DNA of 39,555 bases. It comes from a virus (taxonomy: Duplodnaviria > Caudoviricetes). This document shows, one piece after another, positions 33,058 to 39,555 of the stretch (positions are counted from its first letter, which is position 1; every line of letters begins with the position of its first letter). Made by a program: the position numbers and the translations under genes. Below the pieces are notes generated by a model that was not told the origin of the DNA, did no database searches, and saw nothing but the letters and a program-made list of their open reading frames with translations. Location: positions 1 to 39,555 of the IMG/VR virus record IMGVR_UViG_3300021560_000032. One strand, 5' to 3'.

Positions 33058-33293
33058 TACTCTACCTCTTTCATAGCTTCTTCGATCGCCTTCCTAGACT
33101 CGATTGGATAACGTCGACGTTCGTCAGGAGCAGTTACGATATAAAAAAGCGCTCGGACGGTATGACCGAGACGTCGCTCGACGTTCGTCATTCGTTTACG
33201 CATATCTTGAGCAAACCATCCAACGAGTCCGCCAATAGCGGCGATTAGAAGAGTCTGAACAAGAGCCAAAATATCCTTTGTATAGGTGTCCAA
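33057..33293 (-). CDS. Holin-like single-TM protein
   Basis: ILALVQTLLIAAIGGLVGWFA TM segment plus charged tail, near the endolysin; TTG start chosen for its SD (track start 33320). Confidence 0.45.
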   Translation of the reverse strand: MDTYTKDILALVQTLLIAAIGGLVGWFAQDMRKRMTNVERRLGHTVRALFYIVTAPDERRRYPIESRKAIEEAMKEVE

Positions 33294-33307
33294 AGAAAAG
33301 CCCTTCC

Positions 33308-33508
33308 TCAACTCGTACAACGCTCGTTGTGGGTCTTTGGGATATTGTCTCTTAAAGATTGGGGTTGGTTTCCGCTAGAGACAGCAGCTTGGATTACATT
33401 CTGAGAATGAAAGTCACAAGCTACGAAAGTAGTTCCGTAGACATTCTGATTGTTCCAAGTTGTTCGAGTCGAACCTCGACCACAAACGACACACTGTAAA
33501 TTCGCCAC
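33308..33508 (-). CDS. Small Zn-finger protein
   Basis: CVVC...CDFH; SD AAGGAG. Confidence 0.65.
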   Translation of the reverse strand: MANLQCVVCGRGSTRTTWNNQNVYGTTFVACDFHSQNVIQAAVSSGNQPQSLRDNIPKTHNERCTS

Positions 33509-33523
33509 GTTCGACTCCTTTCA

Positions 33524-34204
33524 CTAATTGTAGTTGTATTCGACTAAGCAGTCAATCCCATACAACTGATACACAGATGTTGCCGCTGTTTGCGAGCCGA
33601 TTTCAACCCATACCTGAGTATCGACGCCGACTCTGTAAATCTGCTGACCAGCAGCCAAAGCAACGTTAGTTACGTAAGGATTCGCTTGCGTAGCGGTCTG
33701 AAGGCCGTTCGCACCAGAGGCAAGGACGGAAGTGATTGCTTTCGCAACGTTGTTAACGAAAACCGTCTGATCAACTCGGCAAGTGTGAGCTACAAGGTTC
33801 GCCGTCGTGATCAAATAGATTACGTCAAAGCTCAAAAGCTTAATACCCTTAAGCTTCAAAGCCGTCCGAGGCTGAATCTGTTGAGCAGAGCTCATCGACG
33901 GAATGACGTCAGGACGATAAATCTGAGGTTGAGCCGAGCCAGGAATGCCCGTCCCACCAAACTGCTCTTGAATATCCTCACCAAAACCCGATCGTCTCAG
34001 AATGACATTCGTGAGGTTGAATGCATAATTAGTCGTATTCGCGGCTGCGACGTGATTAATCGACCAATCGCCGGCGGCGTTCCTTGTTCCTGAGACCGCT
34101 GACACTTGAGCAACAACGTCGACAGCAATATCTCCAGGTCCGATGAAGATACGACCGTCCGTAAAACCTAAATCTTGTTGATATCTACTCTCTGTATGTG
34201 GCAT
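33524..34204 (-). CDS. Putative minor capsid / structural protein
   Basis: 226 aa, beta-rich, SD AAGGAGG, downstream of the major capsid gene. Confidence 0.6.
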   Translation of the reverse strand: MPHTESRYQQDLGFTDGRIFIGPGDIAVDVVAQVSAVSGTRNAAGDWSINHVAAANTTNYAFNLTNVILRRSGFGEDIQEQFGGTGIPGSAQPQIYRPDVIPSMSSAQQIQPRTALKLKGIKLLSFDVIYLITTANLVAHTCRVDQTVFVNNVAKAITSVLASGANGLQTATQANPYVTNVALAAGQQIYRVGVDTQVWVEIGSQTAATSVYQLYGIDCLVEYNYN

Positions 34205-34340
34205 CTCTACGACCCTCCTTGGGTCGAGTCTGGCGTTGCACCAGCTTCTAGCTCGAGTCTTACGAATCCTTGGTGCTCTGCATGGAGGTCATCCCCTTTG
34301 CCGAGCAGCCCCTACTCAGAAAGGAACAGAGCACCTAAAA

Positions 34341-34604
34341 TTAACGCTCGTCGTCTTCAGTATTGACAGGTTGTTGAAGGATATCTGCAACCGCCATTTC
34401 CTGATCGGCCGACTGCGACAAAGCCTCCTGAATTAAATAATCTCGATTAAATGTAAGAGGATCGTCATAACACTTTGGGCAAACGAGTAATCCTCTACGA
34501 AGCCCTGGCTGACGCCTTAGCTGTGAGACGTGGTACTCCCATCCGCAGATATCACAGCGATGCCAAGGATCACCATGTATTCCGCTATGCGCTTGATTCG
34601 GCAT
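34341..34604 (-). CDS. Zn-finger protein (start MPNQA)
   Basis: CDICG...LLVCPKCYD. Confidence 0.7.
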   Translation of the reverse strand: MPNQAHSGIHGDPWHRCDICGWEYHVSQLRRQPGLRRGLLVCPKCYDDPLTFNRDYLIQEALSQSADQEMAVADILQQPVNTEDDER

Positions 34605-34785
34605 CAATGATTCCCTGCCGTATCTTATGAAAGTGCTGATACTTCTCAGCCTCTTCCTTCGTATAAAACAAGCCTTGTACTCCGCAGCCACACGAGAACT
34701 TAAAACTGAATCGTGACGAAGGATCGTCGACAGATTCAATCTTCATCTCATGCAGCTTGCGGAGTACAGACTGTGCTATCGGCAT
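34585..34785 (-). CDS. Small C2H2-like Zn-binding protein
   Basis: CGCG...F....EA....HFH. Confidence 0.6.
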   Translation of the reverse strand: MPIAQSVLRKLHEMKIESVDDPSSRFSFKFSCGCGVQGLFYTKEEAEKYQHFHKIRQGIIDAESSA

Positions 34786-34802
34786 TTCGACTCTCTTCTA
34801 GT

Positions 34803-35756
34803 CTAAGGACCGTTACTGCCGAAGGTTCCTTCCCAAACCGTCGCGCCCACGCTGATGCGCATGAACGAGACCTGCTTGATTGACCGTGTGTCGAAGTCAT
34901 CGGCGAAGTCCTCGTCAAGCTCATGCCGAACGAAGTACTTCAAACGATGTGACGGCTTGTCGGCCAGAACGAACCAAGCCGATTGACTCGTCAGATAGTG
35001 ACAAACGAAGTACTGCAAATCCTCTGCGAGGATCGCGTTGATTTCGTTATCTGACGTATACGGCTTGTGAGGCGAGCCGAGGATTTCTCGAGCGATCCAT
35101 TTCAGCTCGGGTGGAATCACGACCGTGCGAGGCTTGATCGTGATTGGTAAGCCTTGGCTGTCAGGTAAACGCTCAAAGAAGTTGACCATCAGTTGAATGG
35201 CGGTAAAGGATAAGTCAACATCCACCGTGGGACGATTTGGGTAGGTCCCAGCGGAGGCGATGATGTTTGCAATCCCAGGCGCGACAGAAGTGGCAGCAGG
35301 ACCGCCGAGCAAGGGATGGGACGTGTTGAACAGGCTGAGGCCATCCGTAGTAGTAACAGTCGTAAAACCCAAGTTGAGGACATTGAAGCTCTGTTGCTCC
35401 TTCACGAAGTGAGCGGAACGTGCAAGAGCCTTCGGCACTTGGTTGATGACGTTGTACTGATCATCTTCGTACAGTTCAAAAGATGCACGAACACCAAGAC
35501 CGTAGGTCAGATGCAAATACCGCTTCGAACCACCCTGGACAGCGTCGCTGTATGAAATCGCTTCGCCTTCTGGCTTCTCCACGAGTGGAGGCAGGCCGGC
35601 GAACTCGACTTCGTCTTCGTACGCCATCTTCGATGTTTCGACGTGGAATATATGCGAATACTCCTCGTCGCGTTGTAGAAGGTCTACCCAATGTAAAAAC
35701 TCATCGTGCAGACCAGGAGCCATCAGTTGTGCGAACTGCCCGCGAACCATTGTCAT
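34803..35756 (-). CDS. Major capsid protein (HK97 fold, Mu gpT-like)
   Basis: F..L..PGL start, K.EG..I.Y, S.EL.EDD.Y, DG..LF...HP, P....VIPP.L, YLTS..AWF, ending GS.G; SD AAGGAG. Confidence 0.88.
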   Translation of the reverse strand: MTMVRGQFAQLMAPGLHDEFLHWVDLLQRDEEYSHIFHVETSKMAYEDEVEFAGLPPLVEKPEGEAISYSDAVQGGSKRYLHLTYGLGVRASFELYEDDQYNVINQVPKALARSAHFVKEQQSFNVLNLGFTTVTTTDGLSLFNTSHPLLGGPAATSVAPGIANIIASAGTYPNRPTVDVDLSFTAIQLMVNFFERLPDSQGLPITIKPRTVVIPPELKWIAREILGSPHKPYTSDNEINAILAEDLQYFVCHYLTSQSAWFVLADKPSHRLKYFVRHELDEDFADDFDTRSIKQVSFMRISVGATVWEGTFGSNGP

Positions 35757-35769
35757 GTTCGATAGCTCC

Positions 35770-36345
35770 TTATCCTGTAATCTGCGCCGACGCTGGCATT
35801 ACCGTGAAGTAAACACCGCGCGGAGTTGCAGATTGATCATTGGGGTCAAGCTTCGTAATCTGAAGGACGGCCGAAGCTCCCGTTTTAGTCTTATCGACAA
35901 ACCAATGGTTATCGGCGTCGATAGTCATGCCGTATTGTTTCCCAACGTCAGAGGCAAGAGCCGTCTGAGCAGGTCCAACTTGGCCGAGGAAAACTGTGTC
36001 CGCCTCCGGAGTCTCAATACCCTGACGACCGTCTCTGAAGAAGGGTCGCGTGATACTGACTGCCGAAGACTCGAAGGGAACCGAGCCAGATGAAGGCTGC
36101 GGAGTTGGATTCACCGCTGCTGTTGGTATAACACCCAAAGCAGCAAGATTATTCCCCGCCTCCTTCGAGAAGCCGGCGATACCGAGCGCGATCGTTGTTC
36201 CATCCCAAGCCTTTACTCCCCCGTCCGCTGCTATCTGAACAGGAGTTCCTGGAAGGAACGTCTGCCCGGCTTCTTCGATGATTCGACGCATTCTGGGTTG
36301 ATTTCCAGAAATTGTCTGTACTGAGTGAATCTCAGCTGAAGCCAC
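35770..36345 (-). CDS. Capsid decoration / cement protein
   Basis: 191 aa directly upstream of the capsid gene; G.PV.I...G..., DVG..Y pattern; strong SD. Confidence 0.6.
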   Translation of the reverse strand: MASAEIHSVQTISGNQPRMRRIIEEAGQTFLPGTPVQIAADGGVKAWDGTTIALGIAGFSKEAGNNLAALGVIPTAAVNPTPQPSSGSVPFESSAVSITRPFFRDGRQGIETPEADTVFLGQVGPAQTALASDVGKQYGMTIDADNHWFVDKTKTGASAVLQITKLDPNDQSATPRGVYFTVMPASAQITG

Positions 36346-36409
36346 TTTTTCTCCTTTCTATTAACTTTCTTAACATTTGCGAACGGGGCTTCGTATCGCA
36401 AAACTTTGT

Positions 36410-37123
36410 TTACTCGTGTCGATCGCGAAGCGCTGTTTTGACCGAGTCGGAATCTGCCAGATTTACCGAAGCAGGGATTCCAGAATTGTCTGCTGTGCGA
36501 ACGTCAGACTCCGCAATAGGAGGAATGTACGCCGTAACTGTTCCTGTACGTCCCTCACGAGTGTTAATCCTCTGAGGAATCCCCGTAAAAGCACTTCCTG
36601 AATTTCCACGACCACCATCAGTTTTGACATCAGTTCCACCAGGAGTCGACTGCACCGTACCGAAACGCCGGACTCGACGCTGAGCATTCTGCTCATTCCA
36701 CTTCAAAGCTCCAAGATACTCAGCTCGTCCAATCTTGAGAAGAATCAAATCTCCGTAGAGGATTCGACCCTCTCTGACGATCGACGGTGGACATTGAAGC
36801 TTTGCTCCCGTCTCGGGGTTGATGGTATAGACATCCTCAGGCTTCGCCGCGACGAAACCCATCGCGATGAGTTGGTCGTATCGGAGTCCTGATTCTTTCT
36901 CGCCGACGGCTCTGTTTCCGAAGTACAAGCAGATATTTGGATTCTTCGGATACAAAGTAGCAAAGCTAGGCGCTCGAAGTGGCTTCGCTTCGATCTGGTC
37001 GTAGGGAACCTGAACCTCGACCGAGATGGGAGGAGTCGGTGGGGTCGAACTCCTCCCTGGAGGAATTGCACTCGGTTGATGCGCTGGCGGTAAATTCTTT
37101 GACGTAATCGTAGGATCAGCCAT
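36410..37123 (-). CDS. Hypothetical head-module protein
   Basis: 237 aa, SD AGGAG, GDLILLKI motif, between scaffold and decoration genes. Confidence 0.7.
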   Translation of the reverse strand: MADPTITSKNLPPAHQPSAIPPGRSSTPPTPPISVEVQVPYDQIEAKPLRAPSFATLYPKNPNICLYFGNRAVGEKESGLRYDQLIAMGFVAAKPEDVYTINPETGAKLQCPPSIVREGRILYGDLILLKIGRAEYLGALKWNEQNAQRRVRRFGTVQSTPGGTDVKTDGGRGNSGSAFTGIPQRINTREGRTGTVTAYIPPIAESDVRTADNSGIPASVNLADSDSVKTALRDRHE

Positions 37124-37132
37124 TATCGTCTC

Positions 37133-37882
37133 CTAAGCTGACATCTGCATCGCGGCTTTACGCTTCGCGTAATCCGCATAGCTGACGTGCATTTTGTCAG
37201 CCACGTGTTTCTCGGCGTCGGTGAGGGACTCAGCTCCCTCTTTCTTTGGCTCGTCTGCTTGACGAGTTCCCTGACTCGTAGCCGCTGGCTCGAGGAAGTT
37301 GTACTTCTTCTTACGAATCTCAGGATCGCGGAGCTCATCCGCGTGCAGTCCCTTGAGGTAGAGGTAGATACCGATCCAAGCCTCAGTTTTGGTGAGCTGA
37401 ATTGCAGGGTACTTCTTCGACTCGCTGTCGATTTCCGTAGACCACGCCTGGAACAACCGCCCATCCATCGTCTTACCATTGGAGGCAAGGTCTTGATTAT
37501 TAAGCTGTTGTTGAGCAAGCATCCGAGCTGTCAGAGCCGAGGTCTGAATCGTCAGATTCGCGTAAGGGCCAATGCGCTTTCCGAAAGAGCCATCAGGATT
37601 CGTGACGAAGTCATCGTTCGATCCATCATCCTCTTCCTTCCTCGGAGGAGGCGTAGCTCTCGCTTCAGCAGCGACAAGACGCTCCTTCACAGCCGCAAAT
37701 TCAGTTTTGATCGTCGCGACCGTAGAGTCTTGCTCTGCAACTCGAGCCTCGAGCTCTCCGACGCGCTGTTTGTCCTTCGAGGCCTCTTGAAGCATCTTCA
37801 AGATATCATCGTCAGACTTGTCCTTGAACATCGCGGGGACTTCGTCTTTCTTCTTTGCATTGATTTTATCTAACCATCCCAT
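37133..37882 (-). CDS. Capsid scaffolding protein
   Basis: Coiled coil plus C-terminal LTDAEKHVADKMHVSYADYAKRK helix-turn-helix typical of scaffolds; position after the portal. Confidence 0.7.
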   Translation of the reverse strand: MGWLDKINAKKKDEVPAMFKDKSDDDILKMLQEASKDKQRVGELEARVAEQDSTVATIKTEFAAVKERLVAAEARATPPPRKEEDDGSNDDFVTNPDGSFGKRIGPYANLTIQTSALTARMLAQQQLNNQDLASNGKTMDGRLFQAWSTEIDSESKKYPAIQLTKTEAWIGIYLYLKGLHADELRDPEIRKKKYNFLEPAATSQGTRQADEPKKEGAESLTDAEKHVADKMHVSYADYAKRKAAMQMSA

Positions 37883-37883
37883 C

Positions 37884-38156
37884 TTAACTGACCTCCCTTA
37901 TCGGTTGAACTTTTCCTTCTCGCAAGTCTTTTTCGTAGCCTTTTAGATCTCCCTTGAGGCTTTTTATAAGATCGATAACTCCGACACTACCTTGAGCTCT
38001 AAAAACAAGTTCTTGTTTCTCAGACTCCATCAATTTTTTATTTTCACGAAGTCGAACATCCTCAAGCCACTCACTGAATAGTTTCCCCTCCGGAGCCTCC
38101 AGCCATCGAATCATTCCCGCCGCGTGCATCAGGAGACGCTCCTTGGGGCTGACCAT
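37884..38156 (-). CDS. Small helical protein between portal and scaffold
   Basis: Start MVSPK with SD AAGGA; W...PEG..F..WL and RAQG motifs. Confidence 0.65.
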   Translation of the reverse strand: MVSPKERLLMHAAGMIRWLEAPEGKLFSEWLEDVRLRENKKLMESEKQELVFRAQGSVGVIDLIKSLKGDLKGYEKDLREGKVQPIREVS

Positions 38157-39555
38157 TGAACTTTCCTTTCGTCGGATCGGGGACGAGCCGATCGACTTCG
38201 TCGTAACCAAAATGCTTCAAGAGCTTTTTCATCAAGACGTTAGAAGAAACAACAACCTCAGCGAAGTATTCCTTAACCTGCGGAGGCGTCATGACGGATT
38301 GCATTGAGCCAAGGAGCTGAGCGATCATCTGATAATGACGAGCCATTACTTGACTTATCATAACATCGTTCTGCTTCTCAACCTCTCGGTTGATCGACGC
38401 GGTCGAGGAATAGACAGGAAGACCAATCTTGCGCGTTGCAATGAGATCAAGAGCTTCTTTAATCGCTAAAGCTTTCGCTCCAAAAAGTCCAAGACGTGAT
38501 TCATGGAATTTGCTCTCACGACCAAAGATACTATACTGATAACTAATAAGCCTCATCAACCGCACATGAGCATCTCTCATGTCAGAGACATTTAGGTCCT
38601 TACGCGAGTTACCTTCCTGCAAAAGCGAGAGCGTACCCATCGCTGAGTAGATGCCTCGCTTCCCTGTCATCGTTCCTGCACCCATTCCCTGCTGTGGCGG
38701 AGAAACTCCACTACGACGCTCTGCGAGTTCAAGCAACAGCCGAAGTTCATCAAGGTTGATGTTCGACACATCACCGTGAGCGAGCGCCTCAATTTCGTCT
38801 TTGTCCGCAGGAAGCATTGCGCTCGGATATATCCGATATCCTTGATGAAGCTTGGAGTCTGGATGAACTCTCCAGACTCTCGTATTTGCAACCGTTTGAT
38901 TGTCTCGATAGCCATTGTACGTCTCTGAAGCGCCTTCCTGAAACATCCAGAGAATCTCAGCGAAGCCGTAGCCGGGATACATATCGTCGCGATGAGCCAT
39001 CCTCGCGCCGACGAACCATTCTTTCTCGAAGTTATCCCAGGCTACACGAGCAATCTTGTCACTCTTCTCATGATACGAGACTATCATGCGGGGAGCATAA
39101 GCCTCGTCATTATAACGCCAAGTGACGAAGCACTCCCAAATGTCCCATTCGCGGTGTCCATAGGACGCCTCAGTCTTAGCTCCGAGCGTCTGCTCCTTTT
39201 CTATTTGCTCATTTGTCGGTGAGGTTCTGTCGGGAGACTTCATGATTTCATCGACAGCCTCTGCGTTGTAGAGTTTCGCGAACTTACGTTCGAGTAGATC
39301 ATACTCCGTCATAGTGCGCTTGTGACATTTGATATCCATGTCCTCCAAACGCTTCGCTGCAATGGGGAAGTAAAAGGAACTGAAAGGAAGCTTCTCAGGC
39401 CTCGGACCTTCGTAGATAGTCTTTGTAATGAAATCCTTCGACGAGCCTGTCCCATCACCGCCAGGAATAAGAAAATCGCGTGTTTTATTCTCCCAAGGGC
39501 ACTTGAACGTAAGCATCCCATACTTAATACACTCACGCATCCCCTCGTTGTAAAC
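38071..39555 (-). CDS. Portal protein (5'-truncated by the window edge)
   Basis: Frame open to the edge; YG.G.AE.L...Q, AERRSGVS...QG, A.G...LLQEG patterns of podophage portals; first gene of the head module. Confidence 0.8.
   Translation of the reverse strand, partial: VYNEGMRECIKYGMLTFKCPWENKTRDFLIPGGDGTGSSKDFITKTIYEGPRPEKLPFSSFYFPIAAKRLEDMDIKCHKRTMTEYDLLERKFAKLYNAEAVDEIMKSPDRTSPTNEQIEKEQTLGAKTEASYGHREWDIWECFVTWRYNDEAYAPRMIVSYHEKSDKIARVAWDNFEKEWFVGARMAHRDDMYPGYGFAEILWMFQEGASETYNGYRDNQTVANTRVWRVHPDSKLHQGYRIYPSAMLPADKDEIEALAHGDVSNINLDELRLLLELAERRSGVSPPQQGMGAGTMTGKRGIYSAMGTLSLLQEGNSRKDLNVSDMRDAHVRLMRLISYQYSIFGRESKFHESRLGLFGAKALAIKEALDLIATRKIGLPVYSSTASINREVEKQNDVMISQVMARHYQMIAQLLGSMQSVMTPPQVKEYFAEVVVSSNVLMKKLLKHFGYDEVDRLVPDPTKGKFNGQPQGASPDARGGNDSMAGGSGGETIQ

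Noticed and set aside
37187-37873. 228-aa + strand ORF
   Set aside because: Antisense shadow of the scaffold gene; Leu/Arg-rich with no RBS or motif
1-39555. Integrase, terminase, RNA polymerase or stop-codon recoding
   Set aside because: None recognised; long ORFs tile densely under the standard code, and the terminase probably lies beyond the truncated portal

Overview
A 39.6-kb piece of a tailed-phage genome (podovirus-like layout, no tape measure seen) with two converging arms. The + arm (1-18626) is early/replication. It holds a structured non-coding leader, J-domain, vWA, HNH-like and FtsK-like genes, and then a sigma70-type promoter. That promoter precedes an RHH-like protein, a tRNA with the rare anticodon AAT, a circularly permuted tRNA-like (YrlA/Y-type) RNA and a Ro60/TROVE-vWA protein. 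Further on are a compositionally foreign block of small genes, a PD-(D/E)xK nuclease, a Sak4/AAA_24 ATPase, an SSB-like protein, a ParB-methyltransferase fusion, a UDG-PolA fusion, a DUF3987-like helicase, NADAR and GroES. The - arm (18623-39555) is morphogenesis/lysis: partial portal, scaffold, decoration protein, major capsid protein, small Zn-finger proteins, holin-like and M15 endolysin genes, a PurD-like ATP-grasp/HAD fusion, tail proteins and three probable ejection proteins. The best candidate for a novel system is the phage Ro60 / permuted-tRNA / ANN-anticodon tRNA locus. A strong AGCT/TCGA enrichment was also seen in the backbone windows I counted. All calls come from reading motifs by eye; no searches were run.
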